Shown here one piece after another: positions 11,051 through 22,885 of a stretch of DNA of 64,000 bases (the first letter of the stretch is position 1; the number at the start of each line of letters is the position of its first letter). Origin of the DNA: Chiloscyllium plagiosum (taxonomy: Eukaryota); contig NC_057751.1 of the NCBI RefSeq assembly GCF_004010195.1, positions 9,869,457 to 9,933,456 of the forward strand, written 5' to 3'. Under the pieces are notes generated by a model that was not told the origin of the DNA, searched no databases, and saw only the letters and a program-made list of their open reading frames with translations. The translations under genes were made by a program, and so were the position numbers.

Positions 11051-14000
11051 TATTGGAGATCATGTGGAAAATGGAATGGGGTGAACATCTCTGGAATCCA
11101 GAACATACAGTCTTGACAGCTGAATGCTCAATCCTTGTTCCGATGTTACAATGTTCAATCTATGTTACATATTTTTTTAGACATGGATAATAAGCAAAGA
11201 CCCAACTGAATGCATTGAGATGTGGACTGAAAGAAATCCTACACAGAGGAAATGCGAGAGATGGCTGTAGGAAAGACAAAATTAGAACAAAACATCCAAG
11301 GGAAGGATATAATATTTTGGTCATTTCACTCGAACAGACAGCGAACACACAAAATTGACATAATGTGTATTCAAGGAACCATTTGACCTCCGTGAAAAAT
11401 GTTAGGGCACTACAGGACAGTCAGAAATGGAGATCCATGCTCGTCAATCTTCTGAGAAGAAGATGGATACTCATGAACAGACACTGATGAAATTGCAGAC
11501 CTGGAAAAGAATAGGTAGTCCTGTCGAGATTGTTCCTCAACACAGTCCCAACTGCCAAGGAGCTTTCCAGAGGCTGGACAGCTGTGGATCACATTTTTCC
11601 AAGTAGAGGTCGACAGCTAGTTTAAAGTTTTACAAGTCCTAATGGACGCCAGCAGAGAGCATGAGTGACCACCCAAAGTGGCCCTGTGGCAGTCTTGATC
11701 CACGCTACATTGGAGATGAAGGTTTCACACTCTCTGCAGGTTGGAAAGCCCCTTCACAGAGTCCTCTCCATGCTCAGTTGTCTAGTTGGGGCTTCCAATG
11801 CTCGGGGCCAGCAGCATGTTAATCCTGTCTGCAGTTGACCCTGTGTAGCTGGGGAATCTCCCTAAAGATTGCTGAACAGGCCTTGCTGAAAGCAAGTGTG
11901 GGCTTAGCACTCTTCTTTAGTCAAGATGCCAAAGCCCACATTAAGATTCTGCCCAGTGTTTCTCTCATCCCTCTAATTGTTTTCAAACACTTTCTGTTTC
12001 CATGTTTAAACATCTAAACTTATTTACTGTTTCCTTTTTAATTATCATATGCTCTCCATCACACAACATGATCATCAACATTTAATGTCTTGCCAACTAA
12101 GGTATATGACACTTCAAAAAGGTCATTGGTAATACTTATCTTAAATCAAAGTATTGTCACTTAACTTTGATGATCGAGTCCTACTTCTGTGAAACCTGTG
12201 GTCTCATTTGTTGCATTTACTTGTCTATTCAGTTCAGCTAGTTTCATATATAAAAGGCCTCTCTGCATTGACTCAGTCGTCACACCGTTCCTCTGTATTG
12301 CACTTGAATTGTATGGTGCTAATCTTTACAATTGAGTGCTTTCAGAGAGATCGTGTGACTGAAGAGTATGATGCAGTGTCCACAAAAGTGGCAGTTCATA
12401 TTGGCCTTGGAGGCGACTTGGGAAACCTTATGCAGCTGTAACACTTTTGGCCTTCCTGTGGACAGTTGGATGTTGGATGCAGGTTCTAGGATATTCAGAG
12501 CCAGATTTCAGCGCTTGCCTCCTGGTGGGTCTGTTGACCTTGGTGTGGACCCTGTTGTTTGTGATTTTGTCCCATCATTGAATTTTCATGAAGGAATTGA
12601 ATTGTGCACTTTTTCGTGAAACTGTGATTCTGATGCAATGCCATAATCAAAGATATGTGACCAAAGGGAATTTGGTGGGGAATGTTGTCTCCATACTACT
12701 TAATGTGGCACCCCCTCTCTCTTCTACCTGTCTGGGATTCTGCAAATGGCACCTCCCAAGCTGGCATCTGATTTACCATGAAACCTGGGACCAACGTACC
12801 TAGCAGTCTACAGTACTTGCCTTCTGGATTTATAGTTTGAAAGCAGCGGTTAAAAGTAGCTGTTGGAAACTTTACATTTCAGAATACTGCTGACTACGAT
12901 AACAAGGAAGTACACTTAGCTTACCCATAACAGCTCTGCACTTTGAAAGAACCATCAGAATGCAAGTACATTTTCTCATTTCTGAGGGAGTTTTGAGTGG
13001 AACGTGCTCTCAGAAATGCAGAGCTCCATTTTTTGCAAAAAAAAGAGGAAGGGCCAGAGTGATAGTCTCTGAGATCCATTTGGTGTAGGTTGACCTTTTG
13101 AAATGGAGTTGCAGGATGTGGACCCAGCAACACTGAAGGAAGATACTGATAGGACAGTAATTGGTTGGATTTATCCTACTTCTTGTGTATAGAAAATACT
13201 TGAGTAACTTCAGACATTGTTGGTTGATGCCAGTGTTGTACCTGTGCTGGAAAAGTTCAGCTACATGTATGGCAAGTTCTGGATTGCTCAGTCATTTCAG
13301 AGGACAGTCAAGACTCAAGCATGTTACTATGAGTCTGCAGTCAAATGTGGGACAGACCAAGGAGTTTGACAGATTTCCTGCCTATAGGACATCACTGAAC
13401 CAGCTGTGTTTTTTTGTCAATCAATTCATTATTATGCGTTGAATTTCATCATGTTTTTGGTGGGTTTCGAACCCAGGTCCCCAGAACATGACCTGGTCTC
13501 TGGTTTATTAGTCTCATGGCAAAACCATTTGGCCATTACTCCCCATTAAGTGAAACATATTGGATTCTTAAGATTGAAAAAAACACAAACTATATATTCT
13601 TTCTTTCATAAAGTAACCGCCTTTGTGATGTGAATAGAAACTGAAGTGTTGAGAGAAGTTTCAAATCATAATTCTGATATACCATGACAATGAGTTGTGT
13701 TCGATGTCTCAAAACATTCATAATATTTTTTGCATTGCCACAGTAGTTTACTGCTCGTGTGATGTTCGACTTTTACGGCACCCATCTACTATACTGCTTC
13801 AATCAGTTTCTCACATTGTAAATCTATCACCACGGTATCAAGCTAATTATATGGACAGAAGGAACGGCTGTGCTCCAGGAGTCAAATTGTTGCCATCATC
13901 TGGTATCATAAATCAGCTGGAAGCTTTCCATAATCACCTCCGCTGTACTGCAAGTCTGAAAAATTGATCACGCTGCAAGCATCTACCTTTGATTGACTGT

Positions 14001-14222
14001 CCTGTTTAGTGATAAATTACCAAATAACGTTGTCAGCTCACAGCACAACCAGATGTGTGTCAAGAAGCTCATGTGTAAACATGGTTTGTTGCTAAGAATT
14101 AAATTCAGACATTTACAGGAATGGAGTATAATGCAATCAATATCCATCTGGCAAAGGAAGAAGCAGGAGCCAATCAGTTTTTCTCACAGGTTTTTTTTGC
14201 AATATTCAGTGCAGCACAACAG

Positions 14223-15797
14223 CAGACTGCTATTCACATGAACCATCTCTGACACCTCCCTCCCTTTCCTGGACCTCTCCGTCTCTATCTCCGTCTCTAT
14301 CAACACGGACAACAATTTCAAACCCACCGACTCCCACGGCTACCTTGACTACACCTTCTCCCTCCTGTAAAACCAGAATCTTTTACTCCCAATTCCTCCT
14401 CCTCCACCATATCTGCACTCAGGAGGAGCAGTTCCACTCCAGGACATCCCCAATGGCCTCCCCTTTCAAGACCTGCAATTTCTCCTCCCCTGTGATCAAC
14501 AATGCCCTCCAGCACATCTCCTTCACTTCTCACACGTTTTCCGTTGAACCCCATCTCTCCAACCACAATAAGGATAAACCCCCCCAGTTCTCACCTTACA
14601 CCCAACTAATCTCTGGATATTAGATTAGATTAGATTACATTACAGTGTGGAAACAGGCCCTTCGGCCCAACAAGTCCACACCGCCCCGCCGAAGCGCAAC
14701 CACCTGCACATCTTTGGACTGTGGGAGGAAACCGGAGCACCCGGAGGAAACCCACGCAGACACAGGGAGAACGGGCAAACTCCACACAGTCAGTCGCCTG
14801 AGGCAGGAATTGAACCCGGATCTCTGGCGCTGTGAGGCAGCAGTGCTAACCACTGTGCCACCGTGCCGCCCACAAATATAGCATGTTATCCTCTGCCATT
14901 TCTGCCACTTACTATCAGACCCCACCACCAGAAATATATTTCCCTCCCTACCCCTATGTGTTCCGCAGAGATCATTCCCTCCATGAATCCCTCGTTAGGT
15001 CCACCACCCGCCCCAACCCTCCTCCACTCCCGGCACCTTCCCTTGCCATTGCAAGAGGTGTAAAACCTGTGCTCACACCTCCCTCCTCACCTCCACCCAA
15101 GGCCCAAAAGGATCTTTTCACATTCGGCAGAGCGTTTCCTGCAAATGATCTACTGAGTCCGTTTCTCTCAATGTGGTCTCCTCAACACAGGGGAAACAGG
15201 ATGCCAACTCACGGAGCATTTCAGAGAACAACTCTGGGACACATGGACCAAACAACCCCACCGCCCTGTGGTGAACCACTTCAATTCCTCTTCCTACACC
15301 CCCAAGGACATGCAAGTATTGGGCCTCCTCCATTGCCATATCCAAGCCACCCAACAACTGGAGGAAGAACGCCTCATCTTCTGCCTAGGGACCCTTCAAC
15401 TACTCGGCATCAACATTGACTTCACTAGTTTCCAAATCTCCCCACAACCGTCCCCACCTCTTCCCACTTCCAATCCTCCAACTCAGCAATGCCCTCTTGA
15501 ACTGTCCTACCTGTCCACCTTTCTTCCATCTACCTGCTCTACCTTCCCCACTGACCTATCACTATTTCCCCCTACACCTGCATCCACCTCTCGCCTTCCC
15601 AGCTACCTTCCTCCCCCAGCCCCACGCACATTTCCTTATTTATCTCTCAGCCTCCTTCCCACTACATGTTACTGATGAAGGGCTTATGCCTAAAATGTCA
15701 ACTCTGCTGCTCCTCAGATGCTGCCTGACCTGTGCGTTTCCAGTGCCATACTTTTCAACTCCAACTTTCCAGCATTTTCAGTCCTCACTTTCTCCTA
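14223..15797 (+). mobile_element. Penelope-like element (RT remnant, GIY-YIG endonuclease, terminal repeat with hammerhead-like core)
   Basis: TSLPFLDLSVSIS, FKPTDSH, VNHFNS..KDMQVLGLLHC..LEEERLIFCLGTLQ..GIN; CTGATGA-AGGGC-TTAT-GCC at 15672-15690. Confidence 0.85.
14620..14871 (-). mobile_element. HE1 (V-SINE) tRNA-derived SINE nested in the Penelope element
   Basis: Reverse complement gives a GGCGGCACGGTGGCACAGTGGTTAGCAC..GGGTTCAATTCC head, the V-core GCGTGGGTTTCCTCCGGGTGCTCCGGTTTCCTCCCACA and a (TCTAA)n tail. Confidence 0.92.
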
Positions 15798-18210
15798 ACA
15801 GACTATTATTTCCTTCCACAGACCAGCTGAACCTCTGGAAATTAATTCTTAAAAATTATTTTCGCAATCAGTCTGTTCAAATATGTTAAGGCACACCTTT
15901 GTGTGACTTGAATTCAGACCTTTATGCACAGAGGTAAAGATGCACTACAAGCAATTCAGATGGTGCAACATGAGCATAGTGCGATTCTTATTAATTAATA
16001 ACATCAACAGAAGCATTTAGTTTTATGTTATATACTACTTGGGTGGGAGACAGTTTGGGAATCACAAAATTCACAAGATGAATAATTCTGTGGAGGTTGT
16101 AAAATTACAGGGAGGGCGAAGCTGAGTTTTCAATAACGATGTGCCAGTGGTGTGCATCATAGAAGATTATAATAAAAGGAACTGCTATACATAGAGTAAT
16201 TTTCCAGTATGATTCACAAAAGCTGCCTGCTAATTTAAGAGCATCTTACTTTGTCCATCATTGTCCATCAAACGAGATTCTTGCAAAATGCATATATCCT
16301 TGCTGTGAGAAGGCACATGTACCAGCTGAGTGGAGTTGAGAATTCAGCAGACTGCATAATTGAATCAAGCTTTAGTCACTCTGTTGCATTAAATAATGTG
16401 ACTGCTAGAAATCTGAAATGAAGAACAGAAAGTTCTGGAGAATCTGAGCAGATCTGGCAGCATCTTTGGAGATGGAAATGTGGTTAACTTTTCATGTTCT
16501 GTGCAACTCTTAATTGGAACTGAATATTGGATTTTGTGGCTGTTAACAAGGGGGAGGGGGAACAAGAAAAACAGATGGTGAGAGTCCCCAGAGCAAGAAG
16601 CAAAATGACTATGAATGGGAGTAGAGAAGAGGTGAAAACAATCATTATTCATGGTGTGTGTTAATAAATTAAAATAGGTCAGCATTGCTGAGGCAAATCT
16701 ATGCAAGCAACATTTTGGGGAAAAGAGTGTGTAATTATAATGAAGAATAGGTTTCAATGTCTTAAGTTGTTGAAGGCCGTAAAGTGCCATAGTGGAAGAT
16801 GCTGCTTAAAATCTATCGCTAAGTAAGATTTTGGACATCTGCCTTGATAGTCCTTGTGTACAGCTTAGTAACAATTGTTCTTCTTGATTTTGGCTTGAGA
16901 CAGTTTTCTTCATAAAAGGTAATATAAAAATGCAAGTTGTATGAAATCTTGTCTTACATGTGAAGCACAAGCTCTTTCATTCAATTACACTCCCAGGCCA
17001 TATTACCAAATTTTGGTCTGATCTGGCTCAGGATCAGGAACTTTTAACTTGAAACTAGCCAAAGTGTGAGATACAGGGGGCTTAGAGAATAAAGGCAAAA
17101 GGTTCAATGATTTTGAACAAACGACACTACACTTCACTGTGCAACCTTAGAACAGTAACACATTATGTGTACAACACCCAGAATGAATGTGAGGTAAATA
17201 TGACTAATATTGACTGTCATGAAAAACTACACCCATGTGCATCAAGTAACCAATGCCATCAATACAGATACCACAAATATCACAGCAATCCCTCCTCCTT
17301 CCCCTCGGGCATTAATGTCATGATGGGACAAGAAATCTCCTCAAACTTCACAAGGGATCATAATTCTTCATTTGTGAAGATATGGCCTTGAAACTCCCTC
17401 TTGATATCTGCTCTCTCATGGACTGCCTCAGTGACCACTCCTGTTCTTGTTGATCACCATCCTTCCTTGGGTTGAAGTTCCCCTGGACTCCAAAACTGTG
17501 TTCCAGCACTTATGAATAAGCTTAATTCTAGCTCTTTGCTGACAACCAGCTTCAGAAAGCCAGGCCCACTCCTACATTTTCCCCTTTGCTCCAACGTAGC
17601 TCAGTTACATTGAATAAATATTGTTTGTGAGCTTTCCAAGCCCAAATTTCCCAGATGCATTGAAGTATCAATGGTTGCAGGCTTCTTCCAAGCATCACAT
17701 GACTTTCCCCAACATAGAGGCAGTGATCCTCCCACCTTTTGAGCTCCTCAGGATTTCTTCTCATTCCTGACTCCAACCCTTAACTGCACATGAGCTCTTC
17801 AGATTTCTTCCTGCCCCTCACACCAAAAATGTGATCCAACTACTCTTCACTCCTCTCAGAATCTGTAATGTTCAGCTGCCTTTCCAGCAACACAGCAAAC
17901 TGTCACAACACTTGCATGGAGTTTTCAGTTCTCTCTCTCCCTCTCACATCTTCCCTGGCTTTCCCAACTATAACCTTGGAGCTCCTCTTCAATTACCTCC
18001 AAAGCTATCCTAAGTGACTTTTTATAAACCTTGCAATAGCCCTTCCTCAATTGCTGCGCAGAACTGAATGTCACTGACATTTGGAGACAGCCAAATACTG
18101 CAGCCTTGAGTGTACCCTGAACATTATATTCTCATCGAATGCTGGAAATGGATTTCATCACATGACCGCCCACATGTATTACCTAGCTTCCATCTGTTGC
18201 TCTTTATTAG

Positions 18211-18373
18211 GTGCAGCAGATTTTGTCAGAATTTCACCTCGAGAAAGAGGAGCTGCTGGAAGTAATGCGGAGAATACAGCAGGAAATGGAGAAAGGTCTG
18301 CGGCTTGAAACTCATAAAACAGCCAGTGTCAAGATGCTGCCTACTTACGTACGTTCTACACCAGATGGCTCAG
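18211..18373 (+). CDS. GCK: Glucokinase exon 2, [54 protein letters not shown]
   Basis: ttattag| acceptor, G|gtagaa donor, 163 bp as in human; [11 protein letters not shown] motif. Confidence 0.97.
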
Positions 18374-19248
18374 GTAGAAAAAACTAAGTTGCTGAAAAAT
18401 ATTGACCCAACACATAATTAATTGCAAAATCATTATAAGAAAACATGCTACCCTTCTAAACGTTGTATAAAGTCTCTTGTGAACAACTTGAGTATGCTTA
18501 TAACATTGGCACTGGAACAATCAAATTCTAGCTTACTGTACTTGATTTATTGTTATTGTCAATATGTGACAGCTACCCAATAGCTGAACAGTTCAGTGGT
18601 CCCATGAGATTGGAGCAATGTGCAGTGCTGGAAGGTCGCATTCTGATCCAAATGTCATCATTCAATATATTGCATGTATAACACTTTTTTTTCCCATTCT
18701 TCTTCTCTGCCAAACGTATGATTTTGCTTTGCACATACTGCAAAAGAAAACAAAAAAGTTTGCATTAAGACAGAATCTTTGCATGTTTTTTAGATATTCA
18801 GAACTCACAGCCGATTGTAGTATAATCCCTGTTGTATTGCAGGCAAATAGATAATCTACTTTGTGTACAGAAAGTTCCCACGACAGCAGTAAGTAAACAG
18901 CGAGAATGTTTTAGTTAAGTTGTTTGAGGGACAAGTTTTGTCCAGGACACTGGAAAGAGATTCTTTGTTTAATTCTGTTCCAAGATCTCTCTTATTTTGG
19001 AGAGCTGTTTCAGAATTCCTTTTGAACCTTGAAAAGTAAGAGTTGCTTTGAAAAACCTTCACCTGAAATGTTAACACTTCTATTTATGCAGTTTCTGCTC
19101 AACTTGCTGAGTATTCCAGCATTCTCTCTTAGCTGAGTTGTAAAATGCTTTCTCTCAGCCAGTTTGGTGTTTCTTTTGCAATTAGGCATTCTTTTCAATG
19201 CATGCATGTACATTGAGTGACAAATCTTCCCTTGTCCTTCACACATAG

Positions 19249-19403
19249 AGGTGGGTGATTTCCTGGCACTGGATCTGGGAGGCACAAATTTCCGCGTGAT
19301 GCTGGTGAAAGTAGGCGAAGATGAGAACCGAAGTTGGAAAATTATAACCAGTAACCAGAGGTACTCCATTCCAATTGCTGTCATGACTGGCACGGCAGAA
19401 ATG
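19249..19403 (+). CDS. GCK: Glucokinase exon 3, (E)[51 protein letters not shown]
   Basis: catag| acceptor, ATG|gtaaga donor, 155 bp; phosphate-1 ATP-binding motif DLGGTNFR. Confidence 0.97.
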
Positions 19404-19876
19404 GTAAGAGTTTATAAACTTACCCAGTGGTACAGTCTGATTTAACTGCTTGTCCTTGTGCAACTGTTCTTGATTTTATTTCTGCATTTCCGAATCTGTT
19501 CAAACCTTACACATGTTTTGAATTACTCAGGAATATGGGGAACCGATCATTCCCGATGATTACCTCCACTGGAATACTTTAAAAATCAGAGAGCTCACTT
19601 GACAATCATTGAGCAGTTTTTTTTCCAGTGTTCTAAATTGTTGAGATTGTTTGAAATTTAAACTTATTTGAACATCGACGTTCTTGTTTTCATCTTGATA
19701 ACTACCAGGTAAAAAGTTGCAGCAACATGTTTCTTCTGTATATTGCATATTTATTCTCGAGAAAGATCAGAAACTGTTTGACTGAAACAAATTGCATATT
19801 TGCACACTTGTTTCTATCCTCTGTCATTTGTGATTATAATAGCTGTTTCTAACATCATTTATTTGTTTTCCGCCAG

Positions 19877-19996
19877 CTCTTTGATTACATTGCGTTGTGT
19901 ATCTCCAACTTCCTGGACCAACACAACATGAAAGACAAGAAGCTGCCACTGGGATTCACATTCTCATTTCCCGTCCGTCATGAGGATATTGACAAG
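19877..19996 (+). CDS. GCK: Glucokinase exon 4, [40 protein letters not shown]
   Basis: gccag| acceptor, AAG|gtgaga donor, 120 bp; hexokinase signature LGFTFSFP followed by GCK-type VRHEDIDK. Confidence 0.98.
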
Positions 19997-20382
19997 GTGA
20001 GACAGCATGGATTGTCTTTAAGATTACATCAGTCTCATGTGTTTGAAGTGTTGGGCACAAACGATAAAGGTCACGATCATTTATAATGCTAAAGTTTTAT
20101 TACCAAGGTTCTGGTTTTTCAAAAGCCATCTGAATCTGAACTCATGTCTGGGATGGGCCTTCAATGCATCCCAAACACAGAGAATGCAAATCCCTGTTTG
20201 CATGGTAGATCTGTGGGCATTTACTTTCTCAATTGTCTCACCCACAATACTCTTTTAGTTGTGCTTCACCAGTTGTTAGCTGTATTTCTGCACTTAGACA
20301 TAAGTGGCTGCCACATGCTCAAAACATATTGCTTCCTGGAGAACAATGCATGATATTTGACCACATTGATATTTCTTCACAG

Positions 20383-20478
20383 GGGATCCTTTTGAACTGG
20401 ACTAAAGGGTTTAAAGCATCCGGAGCTGAGGGGAACAATGTGGTGGGGTTGCTTCGTGATGCAATTAAAAGGCGAGGG
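20383..20478 (+). CDS. GCK: Glucokinase exon 5, [32 protein letters not shown]
   Basis: cacag| acceptor, GGG|gtgagt donor, 96 bp; peptide matches human GCK 162-193 including T168 and K169. Confidence 0.98.
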
Positions 20479-21055
20479 GTGAGTCCTGAATTTAGAAAAT
20501 CCATGATTCTGTAGTCCAGTAAAATAAGGTTCTCTTCTTGGTATGAAGTGCCCACAAATGGATTACAAGTACCGTTAAGTCTGCAAGATCCATTTTGCGA
20601 TGCTAGTTTCTCCCCTCCCATGGTAATAAGTTTTGGAGATCATATGAAAGAATATCATAAGAAATAGGAGCAAGAACATTCTTTTTAGTTCATGATCCAG
20701 CTTCAGCATTCAATGAAATTATTATTGGTCAGATTGTGGTCTTTCTTGCTTGCCCGTCTCAGAACTCTTGATCCATTGTTGCTTAAAAAGCTGTCTAACT
20801 CAGCCTTGAACATAAAATAATCCTGACTCTACTGCACTCTGTGGAAGAGGACTCCAAATGTTAATCATCTTTTCCAGTAGAAGTTCTTCTTTGTCTCTGT
20901 CTTGAATGGGACCCATTCTTTTTAATGTGTCACTACAGCTAGATTCCACCATAATTTGAAATATAATCTCAGCTGCGATGAAAGGCATATCATTTATTTG
21001 TATACCTATCATTCTTTGGAGTTTGGATTTCAAAATACAGATGTTGGTTACTTCT

Positions 21056-21862
21056 GTGACATTTATTTTTAAAAATTAGATCAGTCAGTCTTTCCAGAGC
21101 AGTGACCTGTTCCAGTCTGTGTCAGAGAACAGATGACTTCAAACCCCTGCAAGTGTCAGTGGAACAAGATGTTTAACTGTGGTAGCTTATGACAGGTAGA
21201 CTAAAATTGAAGACTATTAACTTGTTTTTCATTCAGAATAATCAAGAGTTGATTTTAGTTGAGAAAATCCAGAAATGTAAAGTATTAGGGCAGTTTGAAA
21301 CCTGACTGGGGTCAGAAGCAATTATAGTTTCTTTCCTTGAAATTAGATTTTTTTTTAGAGCAGATTGAGAAAAGCAGTCACCTCAGCTGGATAGTTTAAT
21401 TTGAGCAATATCCAAACCAGCAGTGATTGGCCAGAAATCTGCAAGTTATTGAAAGCTGAGAAAGTATAAACTCTCACTTTTGAGCATTAATGGAGGAAAA
21501 CTCCACAATTCCCAGGAAAAACACTGGGGAAAATTAGCTTAGTGGAATTAAAAGGTTGGACATAAAAAAAATGTTTCTTCGGATTTCAGTCTCCAGATAG
21601 TATAGGAAAACACATGGAAATTTTGATGCCTAATTTGAGATCTTTCTAACTGTGTCCTGTGTTGAGGTAATTTGGTTTCTTTTTGAGTTTTCCTATTCTG
21701 CATCATAAACTCTGTTATTGTAGAAACTGTATAGCCTCATGTTGCTATGTTTCAGTGACTGACCAACACGTTAACTAATTTTTTAAAAAAAACTTTATCT
21801 TATCAAACCAGTTTTCAGTCTTGAGTTTTACTTGCTCAGTAATGCCATCAACTGGAATCACA
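21056..21862. mobile_element. LTR-like interspersed repeat (TGTGA...TCACA)
   Basis: TG...CA termini with a short inverted repeat, about 800 bp, non-coding; no clear TSD. Confidence 0.4.
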
Positions 21863-22726
21863 GCAGAGGACCTGTTCCATTGAACCTCTTCAGAAAATAA
21901 ACGTTCCATTGTATTTACTTTCCCATCTCCAATGACTACAGGTCTAATTGTTTAAACTTTGGTCCTAAGACAACTCCTCATGCCAGCAACCAGTCCTGGG
22001 AATGTCTCCTGAACTGCCTTTAATGCATATGCCCTTCCACCAGTGAAGACACCACAGAGCACAGTTTTCCAGGTGCAGTCTCACCAGTGTCTTATAGAGA
22101 TAAAGCAAAACTTCCCTTATTCTATCATTCGGGACTCGTCTGCTCCTGACAGCTTTCTGAACTCCAAGGTCCCCCTGTTCCATTACATGCCTAAAGGCCC
22201 TACCATTCACCCTGAGACTCCTACCTTAATTGACTTCCCAAAATACAACACCTCACACTTAACTATATTAAACAACATTTGCCATTTCTAAGCCTACTTC
22301 CCCAGTTGATTAAGCTCCTGCTGCGCATTATGATAACCTTCCTCACTATCCATGATACTGCCTGTTTGAGTGTCATCAGCAAATCATGCCTGTATATTCT
22401 CATCCAGATCATTGGTATAGATTACAAACAGTAACAGGCCCATCACCAACCCCTCAGGCACTCCACTAGTCACAGGCCTCCAGTCCAACAAGCATCCTTC
22501 CAATATAGCCCTCTGCTTCCTACCCTCAAGCCAACTTTGTATCCAATTTTCCAGCTCACCCTGAATTCCTTGCGATCTAACCTTCCAGAGCAGTCTGTCA
22601 TGTGGAACCTTATCAACGGCCTTACTGAAATCCATAGAGACGTCTACCATCCTGCCCTCATCAACCTTCCGAGTCATTTCATCAAAGAACTCTAACACCT
22701 TTGTGAGACATGGTCTCCCACTCACA

Positions 22727-22885
22727 GAGTGTGGTTCTGGAAAAACACAGCAGGTCAGGCAGCATCCAAGAAGCAGGAGAGTCAGCAATTTGGGCAAAAG
22801 CCCTTCATCTGCCTTACCTGCTGTATTTTACCAGCACCACACTCTCGACTCTAATCTCCAGTATCTGCAGTCCTCACTTTCTCCT
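22727..22885. mobile_element. Penelope-derived fold-back (inverted) terminal-repeat element
   Basis: A minus copy (..GGGCAAAAGCCCTTCATC) is joined to a plus copy ending CAGTCCTCACTTTCTCC. Confidence 0.75.

Noticed and set aside
11427-11520. MEIHARQSSEKKMDTHEQTLMKLQTWKRI followed by G|gtagtc as an alternative GCK exon 1
   Set aside because: Phase 1, weak donor, no similarity to known GCK N-termini.
13083-13165. MELQDVDPATLKEDTDRT|gtaatt as a phase-0 first-exon candidate
   Set aside because: Weak donor, and it lies in what looks like decayed LINE sequence.
14620-14871. tRNA genes suggested by A/B-box-like sequence here and at 24640, 32427, 35544 and 46508
   Set aside because: These are tRNA-derived SINE heads continuing into the V-core and a LINE-like tail.
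15672-15700. Currently active ribozyme annotated as ncRNA
   Set aside because: The GAAA of the core is mutated here, and every other copy lacks at least one essential core segment.
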